DNA of 32,000 nucleotides, taken from Crocosphaera subtropica ATCC 51142. Its GTDB lineage: Bacteria; Cyanobacteriota; Cyanobacteriia; Cyanobacteriales; Microcystaceae. The notes below the pieces were generated by a model. The model did not search any database. It was not told where the DNA came from and saw only the letters and a program-made list of their open reading frames with translations. The translations under genes were made by a program, and so were the position numbers. The first letter of the stretch is position 1, and each line of letters starts with the position of its first letter. This document shows, piece by piece, positions 8,000 to 17,233 of the stretch. The stretch covers positions 1,470,001-1,502,000 of the forward strand of contig NC_010546.1 of assembly GCF_000017845.1 (NCBI RefSeq). The letters are read 5' to 3'.

Positions 8000-9709
8000 A
8001 TGAATTCCTTGATCAAACGACACAACCCTGAAACTCAATCCAATGAAATGTCATTCAACCCAATGACAAACCCGACCTTGTGGCAAGCATTGGAAGCTGA
8101 GTTAGTGTACATTCAAGATAGATCAGGAAAATACCTATCATTTTACGGAAATATCGGGAACGAATTAACCATCGAACCCGAAGATATTATCGGCTTTTTT
8201 CCAGAACAAACCCTTAAACCAGTATCTCCAGAAGCCTATTATGAGAGAATTAGACGGGTTTTAGAACGAAGAATTCCTGAACAATGTTACTGTCAATTTG
8301 AATATAGAGGTCAATCCTTTCCCCTAGAATTAGTGATCAGTCCTATTTTTAAGCAACACGGACAAGGGACTACCGTTTTAGTGATGGGACATCGTTTACC
8401 CGACAATGACCTCAGTGTAATTACTAATTCTGCCTTACCGACTCATCCCGACCCCTATCAAAAACTCCTGACCAAAATTGCCAGAAAAATTAGACGAACC
8501 CTCAATTTAGAAACCATTTGGCAACAAACCGTAGACAGCTTAGGAGACGCTTTGCAAGTGAGTCGTTGCCTCATGGTTGCCATTGGACCAAATCAAGACT
8601 ATTTAGAGGTTAAAGCAGAATATCGTCAACCCTGTTGTACGTCAGCATTAGGCAATCGTTTGAGTCCAGAGGGGGAACCTTGGTGGCAACAAGCTTTAAA
8701 TCAACGAGAACCCGTTATTTTTGAACATTTAGTCCAAGATTCTCATCAAATCCAATCCATTTTAATTATTTCCACCTTTTATCAAAATCAACGCAATGGT
8801 TTAATCTATTTAGAACAATGCGATCGCAGTCGCTATTGGTGTCCGGCCGAAATCGAACTCATTCAAGAATTAGCCGATCAAGTGGGAACAGCGATCGCCC
8901 ATGCCACCCTGTATCAAGAACTCGAACAAGCCACCCTCGCAGCAGAAGAAGCTTCCCGTCTCAAAAGTGACTTTTTAGCCAGTACCACCCACGAACTCAG
9001 AACCCCCCTTAACGGGATTATTGGCTTTCTCAAACTGATTTTAGACGGGATGGCTGATGATGCCCAAGAACAACAAGAATTTCTTGAAGAGGCACATAAA
9101 TCAGCCCTACACCTCCTCAATCTTATCAATGATATTCTTGATATTGCCAAAATTGAAGCCGGCAAAATGGATCTCGAATTAGGGTCTGTCGAACTCGCCG
9201 AATTATTTCAAGCCGTCGATAACTTTACCTTACCCCAAGCCCAACGCAAACATCTAGCGTTTCGCAGTAAACTACCCAGTACCTTAACCCCCATTGTGGT
9301 TTACGGTAATTATCAGCGACTACTACAAGTGATGCTCAATTTAGTCAGTAACGCCATTAAATTCACCCATGAAGGTAGTATTGTCGTAAATGCAGAGATC
9401 GTCAAAAAGAAAATAGACCACCAACACCAAGAATTCCCTGGTCTAGTTAAAGTCAGTGTTACCGACACTGGTATCGGGGTTTCCCTTGATAAACAAGCCA
9501 AACTCTTTGAAAAATTTGTACAGGTAGATGGGTCCCATACCAAAGCCTATGGAGGCACAGGACTGGGTTTAGCCATTTCACAAAAGTTAATACAAGCAAT
9601 GGGGGGACAAGTGGAATTTTATAGCATGGGAGAAGGACTGGGTTCAACGGTTACCTTTACGGTTCCCCTCGGACAAATGCCCGTCATTAAAACCGTAAAA
9701 TCCCCTTAA
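8000..9709 (+). CDS. Soluble sensor histidine kinase (PAS-like N-terminus, GAF, HisKA, HATPase_c)
   Basis: H-box STTHELRTPLNGIIGF. N/G boxes LVSNAIKFT, DTGIGV and GGTGLGLAIS. A GAF-like segment lies around VSRCLMVAI...YLEQCD. I see no TM helices. Confidence 0.9.
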   Translation: MNSLIKRHNPETQSNEMSFNPMTNPTLWQALEAELVYIQDRSGKYLSFYGNIGNELTIEPEDIIGFFPEQTLKPVSPEAYYERIRRVLERRIPEQCYCQFEYRGQSFPLELVISPIFKQHGQGTTVLVMGHRLPDNDLSVITNSALPTHPDPYQKLLTKIARKIRRTLNLETIWQQTVDSLGDALQVSRCLMVAIGPNQDYLEVKAEYRQPCCTSALGNRLSPEGEPWWQQALNQREPVIFEHLVQDSHQIQSILIISTFYQNQRNGLIYLEQCDRSRYWCPAEIELIQELADQVGTAIAHATLYQELEQATLAAEEASRLKSDFLASTTHELRTPLNGIIGFLKLILDGMADDAQEQQEFLEEAHKSALHLLNLINDILDIAKIEAGKMDLELGSVELAELFQAVDNFTLPQAQRKHLAFRSKLPSTLTPIVVYGNYQRLLQVMLNLVSNAIKFTHEGSIVVNAEIVKKKIDHQHQEFPGLVKVSVTDTGIGVSLDKQAKLFEKFVQVDGSHTKAYGGTGLGLAISQKLIQAMGGQVEFYSMGEGLGSTVTFTVPLGQMPVIKTVKSP

Positions 9710-9790
9710 TACTCAGTTAACCTTAAAAAACGCTTACAAAATCTGATGTTAGAATTAAACTATTATTCAGTGTGAACAATAAGGTGATTC

Positions 9791-12055
9791 GTGACTACAT
9801 CATTACCAGATTTGCCAGTAGAAGAACTTGAAGAAGGAGGTTCCTCTGAGGGGAAAGGATTAAATTTTCGTCCTTATTTACGAACCTTTATCAGAAAAGC
9901 CTGGTTAATTGGTGGATTAACCTGTTTGACAACTTTAGGGGCTTGGATCTGGAGTAGCCAAGATGCCTATACTTACACGGGAAACTTCTTCTTATTGGTT
10001 GAACCCATCACCGCCAGTGGTAAACTAACGAACCCCACCACCCTTACTCGTACCGAAGGGGTTCCTCGTGATGATTTATTCGCCTTAGATTATCCTACGA
10101 ATCTTGTCTTCCTCACCAGTCCAGGAATGACCTTTAAAATTGCCCAGAAAGTACAAGAAAAAGAACGCATTCGCAAAGTACCAGCCATTTGGAAAGATTT
10201 ACGAGACAATTTAAAAGTTGATCGCGCTCAAGTTGGACAAGGAAGAGGTTCAGAAACAAAAATCTTTCAAGTCTCCTATACCGGAGAAGATCCCCAAGAA
10301 GTGCAAACCATTCTACAAACAGCAGCCGATACTTTCCTAGAATATAGTTCTGAAGATCGAGAAACTAATATCAAAGCAGGGGTTAAGTTTATTGATGAAC
10401 AACTGCCAAACTTACAACAGAGATTAGAAAAACTTAAAGCGAGACAAAAACAACTCAGACAAAACTACGAATTAATTGATCCATTACCGAAAAACCAAGA
10501 AGTTCTTACCCAAATTAGTACCTTAGAACAACAAAAATTAACCCTCAATACTCAACTTCAAGCTCAAAAAAAACTCGCCAATTCTCTACAACAACAACTA
10601 AAATTGTCTCCTGATGAAGCCTTTGCTGCTGCTATCCTCAGTCAAGATCCCACCAGGGTTGCACTTCTATCGCAATTACAGCAAATAGACAGTCAAATTG
10701 CCGTTGCTTCAGCGACCTTTACCGAAAATAGTCCCCAAGTTCAGGACTTACGAGAGCAACGACAAAATGTGGACACGTTACTGAATCAAACCACTCAAGA
10801 AATTATTACCAAAAACGAGTTATCTGTTTCCTCTAATTCAAATGCCTTTGAGTTTCAAGATCCCACTCGTCTCGGACTCATTCAACAGTTATTAGAAACC
10901 ACTAATCAAATTAAAACTTTACAAGCTCAATTAGATACCATTGAACCCACCAAGCAACAACTCGAACAACAGGTTAAACGCTATCCTAATCTGATCAATG
11001 AGTATAGCGATCTCGAACGTCAAATTCAACTGACCGAAGAAATCCTTAATAAACTCCTATTACAACGAGAAACCCTCAAAGTTGAAGCTGCTCAAGAACT
11101 GCCTTGGCAATTAATCTCTGAACCCCAAATTCCTTTGGATGCAGATGGAAGTCCCATCGGCGCTCCCCCCAGTCGCAAAAAGAAACTCTTAGCAGGGGCA
11201 ATGGCAGGTATTTTATTAGGGGCTGCTATGGCATTTCTCTGGGAAAAACGTCAAAATTTTTTCTACACTGCAGAGGATATCTCCCAACTGTTAGGCATCC
11301 CCTTATTAGGGGAAATTCCCAAAGATGATCGTGCTATTCTATCCGAGGGGGTTCCTCTAAACCATTTATCCCAGACAAAACCAGACATTGTTGAACCTGT
11401 TTTAGAAGATAATCATCACGGGACCATAGAAGAAGAGGCTTTATTTTTACCAAGCCAAGAATCGAGTTTTCTTGAAGCATTCGACGATCTTTATCTACAA
11501 TTGTACTTACAAGAACAGGGATCAAACCTTCGTTCTGTGATGATATCTTCTGCTGAATCAGAAGATGGTTGTTCTACTATAGCCGTTAATTTAGCCACTA
11601 ACGCAGCGCAAAAAGGTCAACAAGTCCTATTAGTGGATACCAATTTTTCTAACCCTCAACTCCACAATTTATTAAATGTTTCTAATCACAAAGGTCTTAT
11701 TGATGTTCTTGGTGGCCAAGTCTCACCCCAAGCCATTATTGAATCGGTTCGAGATATAGAAAATTTATTTGTGTTACCAATGGGAGAACACCTTCAACCT
11801 TCTCTTAAACATCTTTGGTCCCCTAAGTTTAATAGCCTCATGGAAGAATTAGGAAAAACCTATGATTTAGTGATTTATGATACGCCTCCTTTTTTCCTTA
11901 GTTCAGATATTAAATTTATGGCTAAACAAACCGATGGCATTATTTTAGTGGCTACCATCCAGAAAACATCCCAATCTCTCTTAAAAAGAGCAGTTAAAGA
12001 AATTAGAGCATTAAATTTGCCTTTGTTGGGTGCTGTTGCTAATCATCGAGTTTAA
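9791..12055 (+). CDS. Wzz/GumC-type polysaccharide co-polymerase fused to a BY-kinase-like P-loop domain with degenerate Walker A/A'
   Basis: GTG start after AAGGTGA. TM1 is WLIGGLTCLTTLGAWIW. A long Q/L-rich coiled-coil periplasmic region follows, then TM2 LLAGAMAGILLGAAMAFLW. The C-terminal domain reads ISSAESEDGCST, VLLVDTNFSNP and DLVIYDTPP. There is no Tyr cluster at the C-terminus. Confidence 0.85.
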   Translation: MTTSLPDLPVEELEEGGSSEGKGLNFRPYLRTFIRKAWLIGGLTCLTTLGAWIWSSQDAYTYTGNFFLLVEPITASGKLTNPTTLTRTEGVPRDDLFALDYPTNLVFLTSPGMTFKIAQKVQEKERIRKVPAIWKDLRDNLKVDRAQVGQGRGSETKIFQVSYTGEDPQEVQTILQTAADTFLEYSSEDRETNIKAGVKFIDEQLPNLQQRLEKLKARQKQLRQNYELIDPLPKNQEVLTQISTLEQQKLTLNTQLQAQKKLANSLQQQLKLSPDEAFAAAILSQDPTRVALLSQLQQIDSQIAVASATFTENSPQVQDLREQRQNVDTLLNQTTQEIITKNELSVSSNSNAFEFQDPTRLGLIQQLLETTNQIKTLQAQLDTIEPTKQQLEQQVKRYPNLINEYSDLERQIQLTEEILNKLLLQRETLKVEAAQELPWQLISEPQIPLDADGSPIGAPPSRKKKLLAGAMAGILLGAAMAFLWEKRQNFFYTAEDISQLLGIPLLGEIPKDDRAILSEGVPLNHLSQTKPDIVEPVLEDNHHGTIEEEALFLPSQESSFLEAFDDLYLQLYLQEQGSNLRSVMISSAESEDGCSTIAVNLATNAAQKGQQVLLVDTNFSNPQLHNLLNVSNHKGLIDVLGGQVSPQAIIESVRDIENLFVLPMGEHLQPSLKHLWSPKFNSLMEELGKTYDLVIYDTPPFFLSSDIKFMAKQTDGIILVATIQKTSQSLLKRAVKEIRALNLPLLGAVANHRV

Positions 12056-12253
12056 ACTCATATCTTGCACCTTCCATAAAATCAGCTAGGTTGTAAGCGT
12101 TCAGCCATCAGCCATCAGCTATATTTCTATAATACTAAACGCTGAATACTGTTTGCGCTTAGCCAGAACTTCGTTAAAGGAACTGCTGAATGCTGAATGC
12201 TTTTCTGAACAGGCAATAGGGTTCATTTTGATGGTAACTGCTTAAGAATTTAT
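12055..12253 (+). repeat. Dispersed repeat, copy 2 (long form, about 44 nt longer than copy 1)
   Basis: It begins at the last base of the co-polymerase stop codon, in the same orientation as copy 1. It carries TCAGCCA TCAGCCA TCAGCTA plus, inside the extra segment, the complementary tandem GCTGAAT GCTGAAT. Confidence 0.85.
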
Positions 12254-12385
12254 ACCAATTCTCAAAAGTTATATTAGAAAAAAAGGGCAGAGAAAAGAGT
12301 GGATAACTCTTCCCCCTGACCCTATACTACTTATTGTTGGAAATAGAGATAATTATTTATTGTTGTCTGTTTATTGACAACTTTT

Positions 12386-12865
12386 CTAACTGCTAACGTT
12401 TTCTAATCCTAAATCATAGGTAACTTCATGAACGCCAGGAATTTTTTTAATTTTACTAATCAAATTTTGAGCGTCTTCTTTATTATCAATTCTGCCTGAG
12501 AGTCTGACAGAACCATTGGAAACAGCAAAGACAATTCTATTATCTGTTTCTGAGTCGATGGTTTGTTTGATTACATCATCACTGACAGGATTTTCAGCAT
12601 CATCTGTCCGTTTTGCGTATTCTAAACCGCTATAGTGTTTCCCACCAGGATTTAAGTTAAGATCGGTTTCATCGGCAGATACAGTCTCATCCCTCGCTCC
12701 TAATGCAGCGATTTGAGTATCGGCTAAGGCAGGCGTAATGGTTGTTAACAACAAAATAGTCACAGCTAGTGACACTGAGGCTAAACGTAACCCATCAAAA
12801 CGCTTTAACAATAAGAATCCACTAATCCCTAAAATAACTAATAGTGATGTTCCTAATAGAATCAT
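12386..12865 (-). CDS. Membrane-anchored BON-domain protein
   Basis: Two N-terminal hydrophobic segments. The C-terminal VRLSGRIDNKEDAQNLISKIKKIPGVHEVTYDL is a typical BON motif. Confidence 0.75.
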   Translation of the reverse strand: MILLGTSLLVILGISGFLLLKRFDGLRLASVSLAVTILLLTTITPALADTQIAALGARDETVSADETDLNLNPGGKHYSGLEYAKRTDDAENPVSDDVIKQTIDSETDNRIVFAVSNGSVRLSGRIDNKEDAQNLISKIKKIPGVHEVTYDLGLENVSS

Positions 12866-13234
12866 AATATTATCTCCTAGATAAACTACTTTAGTTCTCT
12901 ATTTGTAGCTTATCTAAATCTATCTCCTGTTTTAATCTCCTTAAAGATAGATTCTGACTAGACTATGCAATCTTTTGATTCTCTAAAAATATCTATCAAA
13001 TGAAAGAAGACAAAACAAACAAACTATACTGTAATCTTTCTTGAGGTGCTTATACTAATTCTCTTTATTAGCAATTGAGATTAAGGGATTTTAGATGAGT
13101 CTACTCGGCCAATGATTTTTAATCTTTGTTTAAGGTCACAAGAAAACGTTAAACTAACAAAGTACATAAAATAGTAAAAGACTATTGTAAAAAATCAAAA
13201 TCATATCAAGCATCATCCGAAATAAGACGAATTT

Positions 13235-14257
13235 ATGAATCATCCTATTGTTGTCATTGACTCCCTAAAAAAAAATTATGGTGCAGTAGAAGCCCTGAAA
13301 AACATTACTTTCACCATTGAAACCGGGGAAATCTTCGGGCTTTTAGGTCCCAATGGGTCAGGAAAAACCACCACCATTCGCTGTTTATGTACCCTGGCTA
13401 AGCCCGATGGGGGCAAAATTGAAGTGAAAGGGGTTTCAGCCCTAGATAACCCTAAAATGGTCAGAAATCGCTTAGGCTATGTCGCCCAAGAAGTCGCCCT
13501 GGATAAGATGTTGACCGGGCGAGAATTACTAGCATTACAAGCCGACTTATATCATTTGCCCAAAAAAGCAGCAAAAGCCAGAATTGAGCAATTATTGAGC
13601 TTATTAGACTTAGAGGAATATAGCGATCGCAAAACAGGAACCTATTCCGGTGGTATTCGCAAACGTCTCGATTTAGCGGCCGGACTCCTCCATCAACCAG
13701 ATGTGTTAGTGTTAGATGAGCCAACTGTGGGCTTAGACATTGAAAGTCGTTTTATCGTTTGGGACTTCCTTAAACAACTCAAAGCAGCCGGAACAACGGT
13801 ACTCATTACCAGTCACTACCTAGAAGAAATCGACGCTTTAGCCGATCGTGTGGCCATTATCGATCAAGGGGAAGTCATCGCCCAAGGAACCCCATCCCAA
13901 CTGAAAGATCGCTTAGGAGGCGATCGCGTGACCCTGAGAATAGAGGAATTTTCGCCCATAGCCCAGGCTGAAAAAGCCAAAACTGTCCTAGAAACCTTAC
14001 CCTTTGTCGAAGAAATTATTATTAACCCCTCTCAAGGAAACTCTCTTAATTTAATTGTTTCAACGGGGAGCAATTCTCTGAGTAAAATTGAGCAAACCTT
14101 AGAACAAGCTAACTTACCCATCTTCAGTTTAGCCCAATCTCGTCCTAGTCTTGATGATGTTTATTTAGCAGCAACGGGACAAACTTTAATGGATGCAGAA
14201 TTAGCCGCCGCCGGGAGTCGGGATCTTAAAAAAGAGAAAAAACAACAAATGAGTTAG
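13235..14257 (+). CDS. ABC transporter ATP-binding protein (ABC-2/DrrA-like exporter subunit)
   Basis: Walker A GPNGSGKTT, signature YSGGIRKRL and Walker B VLVLDEPTVGLD. A C-terminal extension of about 100 aa is present. Confidence 0.9.
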   Translation: MNHPIVVIDSLKKNYGAVEALKNITFTIETGEIFGLLGPNGSGKTTTIRCLCTLAKPDGGKIEVKGVSALDNPKMVRNRLGYVAQEVALDKMLTGRELLALQADLYHLPKKAAKARIEQLLSLLDLEEYSDRKTGTYSGGIRKRLDLAAGLLHQPDVLVLDEPTVGLDIESRFIVWDFLKQLKAAGTTVLITSHYLEEIDALADRVAIIDQGEVIAQGTPSQLKDRLGGDRVTLRIEEFSPIAQAEKAKTVLETLPFVEEIIINPSQGNSLNLIVSTGSNSLSKIEQTLEQANLPIFSLAQSRPSLDDVYLAATGQTLMDAELAAAGSRDLKKEKKQQMS

Positions 14258-14332
14258 AACAGTGATCAGTTTTCTGTCTCTTGAGAAAAACTATATGATC
14301 AAAATAACCTCGAAGAACAATTGATAAATAAT

Positions 14333-15223
14333 ATGAGTCAAACGATTACACCATCTCAAAATAAAAACAGTTTAGCCCCTAGTGTCATTAGCGATATTCA
14401 GCCAGAGGGAAACTGGTTATCCGAATTTTCCCAAGAAACTTTGGCTATGACGAAGCGTCTGTTTATTCAACTGCAACGCCGTCCTTCAACTTTGATTGCA
14501 GGGATTATTCAGCCGTTTATGTGGTTAATTTTGTTTGGTGCTTTGTTTTATAATGCACCTCAAGGATTATTTGGCGAGGATCTTAACTATGCTAAGTTTC
14601 TCTCCCCCGGCATCATCGTTTTTACGGCTTTTTCTGGGGCGTTAAATGCCGGACTACCTGTAATGTTTGACCGAGAGTTTGGTTTTCTCAACCGTTTACT
14701 GGTTGCCCCCTTAGCTTCTCGGTATTCCATTGTAGCTGCTTCGACTCTTTATATTATTACCCTGAGTATCATCCAAACGGCGGTTATTGTGGGTGCTAGT
14801 GCCATGTTAGGGGCAGGTTTACCGAATTTAGCTGGTTTAGGTGCGATCGCTCTCATTGTCTTTTTGATCGTTGCTGGTGTGACAGGATTAAGTTTAGGGT
14901 TAGCTTTTGCTTTACCGGGTCATATCGAACTCATTGCTGTCATTTTTGTGACTAATTTACCGTTACTCTTTGCCAGTACCGCCCTTGCGCCTTTATCCTT
15001 TATGGCAGGATGGTTACAGGTTGTCGCTAGTTTAAACCCCTTAACCTATGCTATTGAACCCATTCGTTATATCTATCTCAATGGAGAATGGTCTTTAGGT
15101 AGTGTTGTCATACAAACCCCTTGGCTTGATATTAATTTTCTTGGGGTTCTCTTATTATTAGTAGGCTTTGATGCCTTAATTTTGTTAACCATTCAACCTT
15201 TATTACGTCGTCGTTTTGCTTAA
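14333..15223 (+). CDS. ABC-2 type transporter permease
   Basis: Six predicted hydrophobic helices, immediately downstream of the ATPase gene. I prefer ATG 14333 (MSQTIT) over the track's TTG 14321. Confidence 0.85.
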   Translation: MSQTITPSQNKNSLAPSVISDIQPEGNWLSEFSQETLAMTKRLFIQLQRRPSTLIAGIIQPFMWLILFGALFYNAPQGLFGEDLNYAKFLSPGIIVFTAFSGALNAGLPVMFDREFGFLNRLLVAPLASRYSIVAASTLYIITLSIIQTAVIVGASAMLGAGLPNLAGLGAIALIVFLIVAGVTGLSLGLAFALPGHIELIAVIFVTNLPLLFASTALAPLSFMAGWLQVVASLNPLTYAIEPIRYIYLNGEWSLGSVVIQTPWLDINFLGVLLLLVGFDALILLTIQPLLRRRFA

Positions 15224-15253
15224 TATTAAAAGCACGAAAAAATTTATCAAATT

Positions 15254-15279
15254 AGCCCGTCCGTTCTTAACGGCGGGCT
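15254..15279. terminator. Hairpin in the convergent intergenic region (permease / J-protein)
   Basis: AGCCCGTCCGTT-CTT-AACGGCGGGCT with one bulge. An A/T-rich tract follows on the minus strand. Confidence 0.5.
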
Positions 15280-15336
15280 TGAATTATATGTAGTATGATT
15301 AAATCATAGAACATGATTTAAGTTATAAAGATGCTT

Positions 15337-16035
15337 TTAACGATTAACAATTAATTCTACATTTCGATGCACTTCGTGTAATAATCGATGGGAAATTCTA
15401 AATAATTCTTGACCTGTGTGTAAATGAGAATCATCATAATTACAAGAAAACCATTCTAACTCTTCAATGCCATCCCCCACATGATTCAAACAATAGTAAA
15501 CGCTCGCTGCTATTTTAGCTAATTTGGGGGGGTTCGGTTGAGAGGAAAATATCTGTTTAGCTTGTTGTAAATCATAGCGAGAACAACGAACATAATCTTG
15601 AAAATCCCCCATTAATTCGTCATCAAACGGGTCAGCAGCTAAGGCATCAATTTGATCATTTAAACGGTTTAAAATACGAGAAATTAAGCTCTCAATGGGA
15701 CAATAAACCGTTTTTAACCATCTATCAATTAACCCCACTGATGCTTCTTCGGCAGCCCGACGACTATAGTAATAAGAATGGGCTTGGGCTGTCCTCTGTT
15801 GTCGTCTGGCCGAAGGATAATTAGGAATCAACTGCTGATCATAGCTTTGTCGTCGTTGCGGATCGCCTAATATCTCGTAGGCTGCATTAATACGGATAAT
15901 TTGTTCATGATTAGCGGTTTCCTGGCGACTGTCTGGGTGAAACCGTTTAACCAAACGGCGATATGCCTGTTTAATTTCCGTTTGACTTGCATTGTGACTC
16001 ACTTCGAGGATGTGATAATGATTCGTAGATGTCAT
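15337..16035 (-). CDS. J-domain (DnaJ-like) protein with a non-canonical C-terminal domain
   Basis: HYHILEVSHNASQTEIKQAYRRLVKRFHPD contains the HPD tripeptide. There is no Gly/Phe or zinc-finger region. Confidence 0.85.
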   Translation of the reverse strand: MTSTNHYHILEVSHNASQTEIKQAYRRLVKRFHPDSRQETANHEQIIRINAAYEILGDPQRRQSYDQQLIPNYPSARRQQRTAQAHSYYYSRRAAEEASVGLIDRWLKTVYCPIESLISRILNRLNDQIDALAADPFDDELMGDFQDYVRCSRYDLQQAKQIFSSQPNPPKLAKIAASVYYCLNHVGDGIEELEWFSCNYDDSHLHTGQELFRISHRLLHEVHRNVELIVNR

Positions 16036-16075
16036 GACAGTCTGGGAGATGAGAGGACAGCAACCAACCCTTTGC

Positions 16076-17038
16076 TTAATTCATCATGGCCAGTTGAGGG
16101 GGTTCGACATTTTGGAAAAGGGGGGTACTTAGGTAACGTTCTCCAAAACTGGGTTGAACCATTACGATTAGTTTACCGATATTTTCGGGCCGTTGCCCAA
16201 CTTTAATAGCAGCACATAAAGCCGCCCCTGTAGAAATACCGGACAGTAGTCCTTCTTCTTTGGCCAAGCGTCGTCCGTAAGTCATGGCCTCTTCATCGGT
16301 TACTGTTACCACCTCGTCGATTAATTCGACTTTTAACACTTCGGGAATAAAACCCGCCCCAATGCCTTGAATTTTGTGTCCTCCGGGCTTTCCTCCCGAT
16401 AAAACAGGGCTGCTAGTGGGTTCAACGGCGATCGCCTGAAAACTCGCTTTTCGTTGTTTAAGCACTTCTGCGACACCGGTAATGGTTCCCCCGGTTCCCA
16501 CACCGGCGATTAAAATATCTACCTGTCCATCCGTATCTTCCCAAATTTCTTCAGCAGTGGTTAAACGGTGAATTTCGGGGTTAGCCGGGTTATTGAATTG
16601 TTGCAACATATAAGCATTGGGCAAGGTTTCCACTAATTCCTGGGCCCGACGAATACAACCACTCATCCCCTCGCTACCAGGGGTTAATTCTAATTGCGCC
16701 CCATAGGCTTTTAACATGGCCCGACGTTCTTGGCTCATGGTTTCGGGCATAGTTAAGATTAACTTATATCCCTTGGCCGCTGCTACCATAGCTAGAGCAA
16801 TACCGGTGTTGCCGGAGGTAGGTTCAACTAGGAGGGTTTTCCCTGGAATAATTAACCCTTCTCGTTCGGCAGAATTAATCATATTGACCCCAATACGGTC
16901 TTTTACCGATGCTGCGGGGTTCATCCCTTCCAATTTAACGACAATTTGCGCCTTACAACCTTCTGCTTGAGGAATACGATTCAATTGGACTAGAGGAGTA
17001 CGACCAATTAACTCTGATACGTTGTGAGCAATTTTCAT
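16076..17038 (-). CDS. cysK: Cysteine synthase A (O-acetylserine sulfhydrylase)
   Basis: [13 protein letters not shown], the PLP-lysine motif [11 protein letters not shown], the TSGNTG loop and GTGGTITG are all present. Length is 320 aa. Confidence 0.92.
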   Translation of the reverse strand: MKIAHNVSELIGRTPLVQLNRIPQAEGCKAQIVVKLEGMNPAASVKDRIGVNMINSAEREGLIIPGKTLLVEPTSGNTGIALAMVAAAKGYKLILTMPETMSQERRAMLKAYGAQLELTPGSEGMSGCIRRAQELVETLPNAYMLQQFNNPANPEIHRLTTAEEIWEDTDGQVDILIAGVGTGGTITGVAEVLKQRKASFQAIAVEPTSSPVLSGGKPGGHKIQGIGAGFIPEVLKVELIDEVVTVTDEEAMTYGRRLAKEEGLLSGISTGAALCAAIKVGQRPENIGKLIVMVQPSFGERYLSTPLFQNVEPPQLAMMN

Positions 17039-17207
17039 AAGTTTTGTCTTGGTATACTTAATGACTTGTTCTTTGGTTGTAGTCTCTCATCTAGGAGTTG
17101 TCAGTATTTTTTATGGTTTCTTTATTTCTTTTTCTCAGATCAAAAATAATCAGGTTAGTTTATTTCTATGTTTAGAAAATGGCTCTTTGCAGTTGGCTGT
17201 TGAGACT

Positions 17208-17230
17208 GGGGGGAAAATCCCCCCTTTTTT
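17208..17230. terminator. GC hairpin 4 nt beyond the malQ stop; its U-tract is on the + strand only
   Basis: GGGGGG-AAAAT-CCCCCC (17208-17224) followed by TTTTTT (17225-17230). On the minus strand the stem is preceded by A6 and followed by AGTCTC. Confidence 0.55.
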
Positions 17231-17233
17231 CTG

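Noticed and set aside
13267-13275. A9 homopolymer inside the ABC ATPase gene (and an A8/T8 run at about 21921-21928), considered as possible slipped-strand phase-variation sites.
   Set aside because: Runs of this length are common in AT-rich genomes (Lys-Lys-Asn codons), and both genes are intact and in frame.
15295-15307. Palindrome ATGATT-A-AATCAT, which resembles the Fur/Zur box core.
   Set aside because: It lies between two convergent gene ends, with no promoter to regulate. Short AT palindromes are expected by chance at this base composition.
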